From the NCBI RefSeq assembly GCF_009914755.1, contig NC_060935.1: a stretch of DNA of 64,000 nucleotides, one strand, 5' to 3'. Shown here piece by piece: positions 1 through 12,200 of the stretch. The notes beneath the pieces were generated by a model that was not told the DNA's origin, did not search any database, and saw nothing but the letters and a program-made list of their open reading frames with translations. This DNA is from the human T2T-CHM13v2.0 reference genome, Homo sapiens. The position numbers and the translations under genes were made by a program. The number at the start of each line of letters is the position of its first letter. Position 1 is the stretch's first letter.

Positions 1-257
1 TTGCTACACTACTCCTTTTTCCCATTACATTACTCAGTACATATGAGGCCAAAATGTATTTGTTTTTCACTATCTTTCAAACTTAATGCTATAAATCTGA
101 CTGTACAGACACAGATACAGAAGGGTTGCATGATTATGTTGTCCACTTACGTCTATAAAAAAGTAAAATATTTGATAAAGGGTGAAATATTACCTATGTG
201 GTCCTAACAATAATAATATTTAGATAGTGGGATTGCTACCTATGGGTGGAGACTTAC

Positions 258-355
258 CTCAGAATTGCATGAGCCTGTCCCTCAGTCCAGTGATGGGCCC
301 TGCCCTGAGCTCTAGATTCAGAGGCTGGGGCATGTGCAGCAGCACGGACTCACTC
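258..355 (-). pseudogene. 98-nt exon of a TRIM48/TRIM49/TRIM51-family gene copy, with an in-frame stop
   Basis: Reverse strand reads ttgcag|G AGT GAG TCC GTG CTG CTG CAC ATG CCC CAG CCT...CAA TTC TGA G|gtaagt = (R)[31 protein letters not shown]. This matches the linker exon preceding the SPRY exon in TRIM49-like proteins, with canonical splice sites. Confidence 0.85.
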
Positions 356-1034
356 CTGCAAGGAAAAACCTGCAGTTACAACATCTACAGCCATAAAATA
401 AATAAAAATAACTATTTCTATTTAAAATACAGTTCATGAGAATCCTTTGAATCAACAAATTTGATTATTCAAAAATTATTCCTTCCTTTTTGGAATTAAT
501 TTCTATTTACAGTTTCCAAATTTTAAAGCATAGTGGGAGAGTCTGAGTCAGAATTCAGTCTGATCTTTCTTTTTTTCTGCCCCACATGTGTAAGTATCCT
601 TAGCCTTATGGCCTTGAGAATATTTAGAAATGAAATTCTGAGTTCCACTTCTTGGCAGACTCCACTGACATCTTTGTCTGAAATAGCTGGGTTCTGGGGA
701 GACTGCTGCATCTGCTGCTTCCTTTTCAAGATAAAGAATGTGAAACTTGTTCTAAGCAGCTAGACCTGCCTTTTAGAAACAAGCTTCCCTAGAGACTTAT
801 ACAGTTCTAACACTCTACAGTTTTTTCAACCTATTTTTCAGGACTGTTAACTGATATGTATGTAGGTATGAACAACAAATCATCAACTTTTTCACTGCTA
901 AAATTCTTCCCCCACTTCTCTCCTGCTTCCTCTGGTGACTTTCTCACCATCCAGAAAATAAAACTTTATCTTTCACCTATGCAGGCTTTTAAGCAATAAA
1001 ACAAAATCAGTAATAAACATTTTTTTATTTCACT

Positions 1035-1075
1035 ATTTATTTATTTATTTATTTATTTATGTATTTATTTATTTA
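1035..1075. repeat. (TTTA)n microsatellite
   Basis: Visible tetranucleotide run with one interruption. Confidence 0.9.
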
Positions 1076-1229
1076 GTGTTCTTGTCTTTTTTGGTGTGAG
1101 AGTGAAAGCAGATGCAAAAAAAAAGGTAGTATCAATATCTTAATCATTTATGCCATGACTTTGGTAGAGCCTGCTTTGATATTCATGGAAACTGAAAGAA
1201 TATATGCTAAAATCTAGGTAAATACTCAC

Positions 1230-1252
1230 CTGTGTAATATGTCTCCAAAACC
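1230..1252 (-). pseudogene. 23-nt mini-exon of the same TRIM49/51-like copy
   Basis: Reverse strand tttttcttacag|GGTTTTGGAGACATATTACACAG|gtgagt = GFGDILH(R); phase-compatible with the 258-355 exon, giving [15 protein letters not shown]. Confidence 0.85.
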
Positions 1253-3134
1253 CTGTAAGAAAAACAGAAATATGTAGGACATTTCACAAGATGCACCTTT
1301 CACTAAGTTCAGTGTGAAATTTGGAGTCAGTTTCTAAAGATATTATTTCCTTACCATCTGGAAAGCATTTTCTATCTCTTCTGTAATGAAAAACCCAGTG
1401 AGTCGTTTTGTCATTAATTAATGTCCTGGTAAAGTCTGAGTCTTGAAGACATTCTCTCCAGGAGTGAAGGGAGAAGAGGCCCAGAAAGTCCATGCTCTGT
1501 GGTAGCTTCAAATAACCTACTCAGTCATCTTTCCCAGAACCTATTACCCAAATGAGGTGACCTCAAAATATTATTAATGTGAGCCTAGATTCCCAAAACT
1601 TCTGATCTTGCCATGTCCTCAAATTAACCTAAATGTAAATGAATCACTCATTATTTTATACATGTTAAACACCCCAAAATATATTACTGACTTAGAAATG
1701 ATTCAGAAGGTGCATTTCTCTAACATGTTTGTACCAATATAGGAGTTGGTCAAGAAGAAGACTGACATCTTCAACAAGTGAATTTTACCTCTGTGTGCAG
1801 GAAACTCCAATTTATTGCCATGTCCCATGCAGCACGAAAGCCGGAAGAAAAGTAGGAGGGAGAAGAGTATTTGGCTTTAAGGAAATCACCTGGTGTTTCT
1901 CACAATGCTTTTATTCCCGTCCTATAGGTTCAAAATTAGGCAGATGGGACACCAAGTTGTAATGTATCTGGGAATGCTGTTTGCACTCTAAGCCATATTT
2001 ATTCTTATCATTTAATTCAGAACAAATTAAATGACTGGCACAACTGAGAATAACCCAAGAGATTTGTTCAATGAAACAAAGCTGAACCTCAACCAAATAG
2101 ATAAGCTGCTGCCTAAGGTTAGCACCAGTTCTTAGTTACTCAAGAGTGAGTAAACCCTGCTTTTTACCACTGTCGAGGTGTCCAGTGTTGTCCTTTTTAG
2201 AGCCTGGCTAGCTGAGGCTTATGTGGCAAGAAACATCTTATTTGTGATTTAGTCCCTTAAATGAACGATTTGGATAGGAATGATTCTCCAAATTTTGAAA
2301 ATACTTATCAGAAATATTCTCTTATTCCTTCACTCTATGCCACGTAGACTATAATAAACTGTCTCTCTTCTGCCTCCACATATTTCATGCAGAAGATTAG
2401 GGCTTAGCAGAGAGAAAGCTTATTACCAGCTTCTTTTGGACTCGCTGCTTTTTTCCAAGTGATCTGAGATGATAAAATTACTCACCTTAGGTCTCCAACC
2501 CAGCACTCCTTTTTGATTGTCACCTATGTTTTGCGAGCTTTTCTGTTGATGCTAAAACTCTATGCAACAATCAAAGCCTCAAAATTTAATTACATTATTT
2601 GTTGCTAGATTTCAAGGAAAAATTTATTCCTGACATTCTTCTACTTTAGCTCAGATTCACTTTGGCAGAAAGACAGAATTAGCTACTCTACGATCACTTA
2701 GTATTTGACTCTGATTTTGGAAGATGAAACAGTTTTTGTGTCTATTTACCATATTTTCTTAGCCATTTAACCAAGATAATCTTATCATATTGATTCTCCT
2801 AGAGATACTTACTTTATTTATTCTCTTCACCTATCAGAATTTATGTTAGAATATCACCAAGACTTACTTACAATTGAAATAAATCAAAGAGAGAACACTA
2901 AGAACATTGTCAATCATTAATACATAAATCTTGAACTTCCTGAGATTTTTATCCCTAAAAGAAGTTATTTATCAATAGCCTGGTTACAGTTTTTTTTAAT
3001 ACAAGAATTTTCACTCTTCTATGGTACAAAAAGTAAAAATTGATAAAGAGGATAACTTGGAAAAAAATTAATCTAACAAAACAGAGACACATTCTTGGCT
3101 AGCACTTTATTTCTGTACTAAATTTAGGAGACAT

Positions 3135-3545
3135 GTAAATGGTAGGTTTCCTAAGTGAAATAAGACAGACACACAGAGAAAAAATACTTCATGGTCCCAC
3201 TCATATTTGAAATCTATTTTTATAAGTTTAATACATTCAAAAAGGTGGTTATATTGGTGGGAAGAAAATAGGTAAATGAAGGGCAAAAGTTGTAAAGGTG
3301 CAGTAATGTAGAATAAATGAATCTGATGTACAACCTGTAGGTATATTAGATAATCTTGTATTGTTTTTGGGAAATATTCTGAGGGACTAGATTTTTGGTG
3401 TTCTTATCATCAAGAAGAAGCAGAGCTAAGTGATATGATCGATTTGTTAATTTTCTTCATTATAGTGATCATTTCCTTATGCACATGTATCTCAAAATGA
3501 CATATTGTGCGCCTTGAAAATATAAAATAAAACAAATTTAAAAAT
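3135..3545 (+). mobile_element. Old L1M 3'-end fragment
   Basis: ctaagtgaaataagacagacacacag...cttgaaaatataaaataaa resembles a degenerate L1MA 3' end with A-rich terminus. Confidence 0.5.
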
Positions 3546-3683
3546 GAAGGTAATTTTGTTCCTGCATGTAAGCTGACAATAAGTGAAGACTGGATCAGTA
3601 ATAACATTGCTTTGCTGAATTAAGGGAATTCTAATGAAATTTTTTAGTTGGGAAGCTATCTGTATGAAATAAAATTGATCTAA

Positions 3684-3984
<301 letters not shown>

Positions 3985-4543
3985 TTATTTTTGGTAGCCA
4001 TGTTACCTGAAAAGTATAATTCTTTCTTCTACAATTAATAAATCTGCATGTGTCTAGGCCAGCTATATCAGGTAGAGCTTTTCCTCTAGTGCTTATATCT
4101 ACAAAACAAGTAAGACAATTATGAGGAGGCTCTAAGCAAAACAATTTTTTTTCTCATTCTGGACTTTGAGGTCTTAATTCTTTAGACTAATTTTCTGTCT
4201 CAATAGTGGATATCACCCTGAAACTTAATTTGTCCAAACACCTCACATAACCTGAGATTTTACAAAACATACAGTTCATAGGATCAGTATGTTCTTATGC
4301 CTTAAAATTCTCTGGGCATTCAAGGATGCTACTATGTGGAAACTCAGTCCTTCTACTGCATTATTGAAGAGCACATTTGAGACTCACAGGTCTGGTTGCA
4401 GGAGTCTCTTAACAGGTCTGGACAATGAGTAATGTCAGTCCAGATAATTCTGAGGAAGGCTTTCTGTCTTGTTATGAGGAGGATAATCAATGGAGACTCT
4501 AGACAAGTTCCCAGTCACCATTCCATCATTCAGTTGCTGTTTT

Positions 4544-4665
4544 TGTAATCCCAGCATTTTGGGAGGCCTAGGCAGGTGGATCACTTGAGGTCAAGAGTTC
4601 AAGACTGGCCTGTTCCACATGGTAAAACTTTGTCTTTACTTAAAATACAAAATTAGCAGGGGGTG
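4544..4665 (+). mobile_element. Partial Alu (left arm plus linker)
   Basis: tgtaatcccagcattttgggaggc...ggatcacttgaggtcaagagttcaagac...aaaatacaaaattagc. Confidence 0.8.
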
Positions 4666-5270
4666 GGGGGCGGGGAATATGGATTAGAAGGGAAGGAGAA
4701 CATACTTAACATACCATTGGAAGGTGAAATTCCTAATACTTGAGAATATTTTTGAGAACTGTTTAATTCTCACTATAAAAAGATGTACCCTTTGAGTGAC
4801 ATTAAAAATTCACTAGAAGAGTGAAGAATAATAGTTAAAATGTCACATGAGTAACAAGAGTCTCAAAACATAAAGTGTTCTAAAAGGTTAAAGTTCATAT
4901 TTGAGATAGAGAAGAGAATAAATAATAGTTAAATAATTAGAATTCATTATGTGAAAAGACTTTTCTAAAATCTTCCATAATAATTGAAGATATAAACTAC
5001 AATAATTAAAATATACAAAAAATAAAAGCATTAAAATAGTGAAAAATTTTAAAAAGTGTAAACTTGAAAATTATTTAATTTTTAATCTCAAAAATCAGAA
5101 AGTGATTTTATCAATGTCCTAAAAAATTAAAATAAAAACAAACAATAATGTAAAAGAAGGGAGGTTTCCACCGGGCTGGGGGCAGGAGCTAGGGCTTCCC
5201 TGGGGACGCAGAAGCAAGAAGCAGGGAACTTGGCGCACACCAGCATATGAATGAATAAAGGCAATGTGAC

Positions 5271-5322
5271 ATCTATCAATCTATCTATCTATCTATCTCT
5301 CTATCTATCTTTCATCTATCTA
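5271..5322. repeat. (ATCT)n microsatellite
   Basis: Imperfect atct tetranucleotide run. Confidence 0.85.
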
Positions 5323-6908
5323 ATGTACACATGCACAGATATACTCACATAATATATGGTATTATTAGCTACAGTCATTATGCTGTACCTTAGATCACCA
5401 GTATTACTTCATCCAATATAAATGAAAATTTATACATTTTGACCTCCATATTTGTATATTTAATGCAATAATATTACATAATAAAATATTATTTAACCCT
5501 TCAAAAGAACATTCTGCTCTTTTTGACAACATGAATGAACCTGGAAGACTTAATAACCTCTGTTTTATTTTGGTTTTATTTGACAAACAGTAATTGTATG
5601 TATTTGTGGAGTACAGTGTGATGTTTTTATATCACATGCAATAACACGGATGTACCTAGAGGAAATTATGCTAAGAGTAATGATGTCTTGAATAGATATT
5701 TAGTGCATTGATTTTCAGTCTTTACTATTTTCTAGCAAATGCAAGTAATATTTTAGCTGAGTCTTACAAGCTTTGATACGTCGTATTTTCATTATTATTA
5801 AGCTCAAAATATTTTCTAACTTCTGTGATTTATTTTTACAAATGGATTATTTAGAAGTGATTTGTTTAATGTTGAACCACAGAAAATTTCTGGCTAATTG
5901 GTAGTTTTTCACTTTTTAGCTGATTTTCTTCATGTTCAGTGACATATTTTATTATTAGGATTATTTGAAATTCATTAAGCATTGCTTTATCAAACAGCAT
6001 ATGATTGATTTTTGAAAACGTTTCATATGTTCCTGAAAAAGAATGTGTATTTTGCAGTTGTTACGTGATAATCTCTTATGTCAATGGGTCAAATTTATTA
6101 ATGGTTTTGTTTAAATATTACATATCTTTATAAATTTTTTGTGTGTATTTTCTAGCTGTTCAAATTGTGCTAAAATCTTCCTGTATTATTGCTGATTTGC
6201 CTATTTCTACTTTTAGGTCCATCTATTTTTTAAAAAAATAACTTATAAAGTTGTGCTTTGGGGTGCATACCAATTTATAATTTTATCTTCATGTTACTAA
6301 CCTTTTGCCATTACAAAAATTTATTTCTGGCAATATTTGTTGCCTTGAAGTCCAGTTTTGTCTGATATTAGCATGGAAATAGTGTCCTTTTGGTCATAGT
6401 TTATGCAGTTTAGTCTATTAATATATTTTTACCTTTTTATCCTCTTACTTAAGATGTTTCTCTTACAAGACTCTTACCATTGTTTTCTAATTTTAAATAG
6501 GAGAAAGTTGCTCCTTTAAAAAGATAAAATTAATTATGTATTGAATTTAAATCCACCACGTTTCTCTTGGTTTCGTATTTATTAATGTTAACTATGTTTA
6601 ATATTCATATCATTTATTCCTATATTTCTTCTTTCAATTAGTCTTTCTTCTTTCCTGCATTTCCTTTTTTCCATTTCAGAGCTTTTTCCTTCTCTCTGAA
6701 GATCATTCTTTAGAGCTCTTATTCTGTAGTCTGTGGCTGGTTCTAGAATCTCTGAATGTTTTCTTAATTAGTCAAAAACTCTGCATTTTACATTCACTTC
6801 TGTGAGATTTTAAATGGATTCTATGTCGATATTTATATTCATTCATCACTGTGAAGATGTATTTCTTTTGTCTTCTGGTTTTCATTGCATCTTTCAAGAA
6901 GTAGTTTG

Positions 6909-7428
<520 letters not shown>

Positions 7429-7690
7429 AGTCTTCTCTGTCACCCAGACCGGAGTGCAGTGGTGCCGTCTTGACTCCTGCAACCTCTACCTCCCAGGGTG
7501 AAGCAATTCTCCTGCCTCAGCCTCCCTAGTAGCTGCGATTACAGGTACCTGCCACCACACCTGGCTCATTTTTGTATTTTTAATAGAGACTGGATTTCAC
7601 AATGTTGGCCAGTCTGGTCTCAAGCTCCTGGCCCAAGTGCCTCAGCCTCCCAAAATGCTGAGATTACAGGCATGAGCCACCACGCCTGGC
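7429..7690 (-). mobile_element. Alu (AluJ/S-like)
   Basis: tctgtcacccagaccggagtgcagtgg...ctcctgcctcagcctccc...attacaggcatgagccaccacgcctggc. Confidence 0.9.
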
Positions 7691-8731
7691 TTTATTAAAA
7701 TTTTCTTGAATGCAGTATGTTCTTAAAATTTTTGTATGTATTTGGCTTTTATTCTGCTGTCCGTTTTTCGTTTATCCTCTTTAAACAAATTATTCTTTTA
7801 AAATTCATTCTTCATGAAACTCTTAACGCCTTATAAATTCATAGCTTAGTATCTTTGAGCAGTTTTAGAGAATTTTCAGCTGTATCTCTTCAAATAGTTT
7901 GCTTACCTGATTCTCTTTCTCTCCTTTTACTGGGATTGTAATTAAATTAAAAGCATGTCAGAGATTTGCACTGTGTCCTTTATATCTGTTTTATACTGTT
8001 TTCTGTATTTGCTTTTTTTGCTCTCTGCTTTGGTCTGCATATTTTCTTCTAATATTTCTTGCAGTTTACTAATTCTCTATTTTTTTATCTAATTTACTGT
8101 TAAATCCAACCATTGTGTTTTTAATTTGTTATTATATATTTTAGTTTTTCAATTTATTTGGTTCATTTTATTATCTATCTTGTGTTTTAGTATTTGTACA
8201 TACACAGCTTATTTAAAAATGCTTATTCATTAACTGGACCATGTATATTTGTTTTTATTGCACTCAGCTTTCAATCAGTCCATGTCTTCTATACTTTGTT
8301 ACTTTTTTTGAGTGCTTGATTTTGCATATGAAATGTGGCAATTCAAGAATTTTTTCGGATTTTTTTTTCTTTAAGAGAGAATTTCTTGTATTTCTACTCA
8401 AGAGTTGGGATTGGAGAAGTAAAAAATCCCAGATAGTCTTAATCCAATCAAGAAATCAGATGATGCAAGCTGGACTTCCGTTCCTTTGAGGACTGCCCCA
8501 TTGTCTGTGCATTCCTACTCCATGAGTAAATCTTCCTGGGGTCTCAAATGAAAGCCTTGCTGTTTACAAAGGATGCTTTTCCTTGGTAGACCTTCAATTT
8601 TACATGTTGTCACTTAGGGTAAATCATCTACAGAAAGTTTCACACAACTTTTCAGGTGTTCGTTTATGGCTTTTAGAATTATTTCACTTTTAGAGAAAAG
8701 AGACTCTAAATGTGGGGTTCTGATCTCTAGC

Positions 8732-8848
8732 TTTCTTTTTCTTTTTGGAGACAGGGTCTTGCTATGTTGCCCAGGCTGGACTCAAACTCCTGGGTTCAAG
8801 GGATTCTCCCACCTCAGTCTTAAAAATAGCTGTGACTACATAACATGC
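8732..8848 (-). mobile_element. Alu monomer fragment (FLAM/FRAM-like), abutting an LTR
   Basis: T-run then ggagacagggtcttgctatgttgcccaggctggactcaaactcctgggttcaag. Confidence 0.75.
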
Positions 8849-9201
8849 TGATATGGTGTGGCTGTGTCCCTGTGCAAATCACGTCTTGAATTATAATCCC
8901 CATTATGCCCATGTGTCATGGAAAGGACCAAGTGGGAGGTAATTGAATCATGGATGTGGTTTCCCCATGCTGTTCTCATGATTGTGAGTAAATTCTCATA
9001 AGATTTGATGGTTTTATAAGTGTCTGGTATTTCTCCTGCTTGCACAAATTGTCTCTCCTCCTGCCCTGTGAAGAGACATGATTGCAAGTTACCTGAGGCC
9101 TTCTCAATAATGTGGAACTGTGAGTTAATTAAACCTCTTTTCTTTATAAATTAATGACTCTTGGGTAATTCCTTCTAGCAATGTGAGTACAGATTAATAC
9201 A
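8849..9201 (+). mobile_element. Solo MaLR LTR (THE1/MST family)
   Basis: tgatatggtgtggctgtgtccc...attaaacctctttt...attaataca; TG..CA ends; 5-bp TSD catgc/tatgc. Confidence 0.88.
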
Positions 9202-12200
9202 TATGCATTTCTCCTTTTAAAACAATAAATATATATTGTGTCTATATTTCACTCTCTAATTTGGTAATACGTATGGATTGCAGACAATACTATGAACTAT
9301 GGATTTTTTGGCAATTTCTACATTAATTTTTGTATTTGTACATCATTATTTTTGAATAATTTTTTATTATTGGAGCAAATACATTCAGATTCTGTGCTGT
9401 TGTAGGTATCATACGACAAACACTTTTGTGTCATTCAGAGAAGTGGAAAGCATAGTAGATATTTGAATTCAGCTAGAAGGGATGTAGAGAATTATGGCTT
9501 AGTTTTGTATTAGTTCTCCATCTTGGAGTCATAGTTTAAGCCACAGTATCTTTGATCATATGTGATAGTTTTCAGAATTAAAGCTATGTTTGTGCATCTT
9601 TTACCACTTACCATTAAGAGAACACAGCACTTACAGACATTCTCTTCAAATTTTAGCAGTAATACATATTACATTTGGGGTAGATGAATTTAATCCATTT
9701 ATTAGGTTAGTTGAAAATGACCAACTTTTAGTGGAGCCTGTTACATGATAAAGACCTTATCTGGCTCAGATAGGTATTTATGAGACTCTTTATCTAAGGC
9801 TCTTTTGACACAGAAGATCCAATATTTAACTAAACATATGATAAGATGAAGGTGTTCCGTGGAGCCAATGGTAAGCCAAGTCATGGAAATAACAAAGGCA
9901 GCCCTTAAGCACTGTTCTCTTGTTGGCAAATAAAAATGTTTGTATTGTAGGAACAGTTATTGAATTGATATTGGAATAAAATTAAAGGATTGAATTAATG
10001 GACATAGATTCTGACATAGATTCAAGCCTTGATCAAAAGCCTGTATTCTAACCTAAATCTGCAGAACTGAGATGACCTACTTTTCCAAGAATCAGAATGT
10101 CAACTTCCATTCTTAGGCTCTCTGCCTCTGAGCCTCAGGGCTTCTTGGGAATGGACTTTCTAACAGGAAGGATAAGGCCCTCCTTGCTGGGAATATGCTT
10201 AGGGAAGAGAACCTGGGGCTGCTTTCCCCTTCATTCTGGCTTAAATATTACTTGTCTTTCCTCAGTATTTCATAATGTGAAAGATAATTTATTGTTCAAT
10301 TTACTTTAGAATATATTTTTCACATTATAGGCCTTTCACATTACTTGGCAATTAGTTACTGTTCCCTGCTGAGACCAAGTCTTTTTCCTCTAGAGATACT
10401 TATAAGAGGGAAAAAAGTGTTCAAAGGGATTACTGCATTTGAATTCATTCCAAATATTCAAATTACCTAATCTATAATGACCTTACTGTCTCTTTTATTT
10501 AAAATAGTGATGATGTAAGAGTCATAGATTTTGTCTACACCTATAAATGGAACATTTTCCTGATAGAATAACGCAACAGATATCTGAAGAGTTAAATTTC
10601 TGCCCAAGGTAGAGTATGTTTTCAGCTGGTATTGAGTCCTCTAGGTGTGATGTTTTATGTCATATCCTCCATTTCTTGTAAAAAATTGCGAAAGTTCTCA
10701 ATTTACTGGGATGAGGTGGGGGAGACATGGGGACATATTTTTAATTAGGAAGGAAGTGGACTTAGGTGTATGCTATTTGAATGACATTTGAATGACTGAA
10801 AGATTGAAAAGTTTGGCTTCTGCCTGTGAGAAAGCTCTGTCATTGGTTTTTCCATGAAATTAAATTTCAGCATTTTCCTTGTTAGGTACAAAGCTTAATA
10901 GCTGGGCACATGAAGGTTATCATAAATCCTCTGTCACAGGAAAGTACTTATTGTTGCTTCACCATAATCAAGTAAACTTTCACATAAAAAATTTTAGAGT
11001 AGGTGCATTTTTATTTACCTGTGTCACAAAATAACTGACTTATGCAGGTGAATTTCCACTAATTAGGTCAATTTTTACGTAGTCATGCAAAGATAGTGCC
11101 TTTGTTTTTCTATGAAGAAATTTTCCAGCAGGTGAGAATATTTAGCTACCTTTCTACATTATGTTCAAGCATCTTTATATTTTGCTCATCTGCTTTGGAT
11201 AGTGCCATACTTCTCTAATGACTAAGATAATGAGAAGCCTGTTTGGAACTGTGGGAACTGTAGCCTCTTGGCACTATTTCTATATCCGTGGATCAGCCAT
11301 CAATTTCATGTGTTTTGTGATACACATAGATGCATGAGGTATCTACAATAATGCTCAGTGAAAGAAGCATTGTTTTTCTGGACCATGATGTGACTATGTG
11401 AAACCACTGACAGGAGATATTCATTGAAAATGTTTGTGATATGTTGAAATGTAGCTAATGTCTTAAATCCATATGATGTTTTTGAATGAATTCTAATTGT
11501 GAAAGTTAAGCTAGCAAATATGAAACTGGTTCACAATATGGAATGTATATTTGATTTTAATATATAGCCTCTTTTCCTTTTCCATTTGGCAAATAAGAGG
11601 AAAAACAGTCCATATTGTATGTATAATAAACAGTAGGTTTATAATAATAATCGTAGTTTATGGGATGTTGTATTTTATATGATATATTAATAAAGGTGTA
11701 CAATTACTTTCAGATATATTTGATTTCAGAGTTTAAAATTGCAGATCATGTCAAGTGTGTTAGAGTGTGAAGGAACCAATATCTGTTATGTTCTGGAAGC
11801 ATAATATGGGTTTTTACTTAAGAATCTAAAAGTTATCCCAGAAAACATATCAGTAGATAAATATGCTGAGGAAAGTACCTAGTCTACTGTCATTTAAATA
11901 GATTTATAAAACTGTGACTGTGAAATATAATGTTACAGATTTTTTTGTCATACCAAATTTTATCTTTTGAAAATGTCATGTTCTTAGAAAACTATGTTAA
12001 ATCATTGTTTTTGTAGAAAAATGTTAACTTAGTAGTTTACATTGAAGGCCTAGTGATGCTTTTAGTTTTTAAAGTATAGTATTTTTAATTACTTAAACTA
12101 TAGAGAATAGTTTAAGTACCCTGTTTTTTATAAGTAAACATTTAAGTTGCTGAAAGAATTATCCTATTGAAATCTAGTTTGATGATGTAAGCCAGAAAAG

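Noticed and set aside
10530-11860. Exon-like segments (e.g. 11048-11131 with AG/GT ends; 11714 onward reading FKIADHVKCVRV*RNQYLLC, loosely like a tyrosine-phosphatase C-terminus)
   Set aside because: Multiple stops, weak acceptor, no catalytic HCSAG motif and no consistent frame; likely chance. A TBLASTX of 9300-12600 would settle it.
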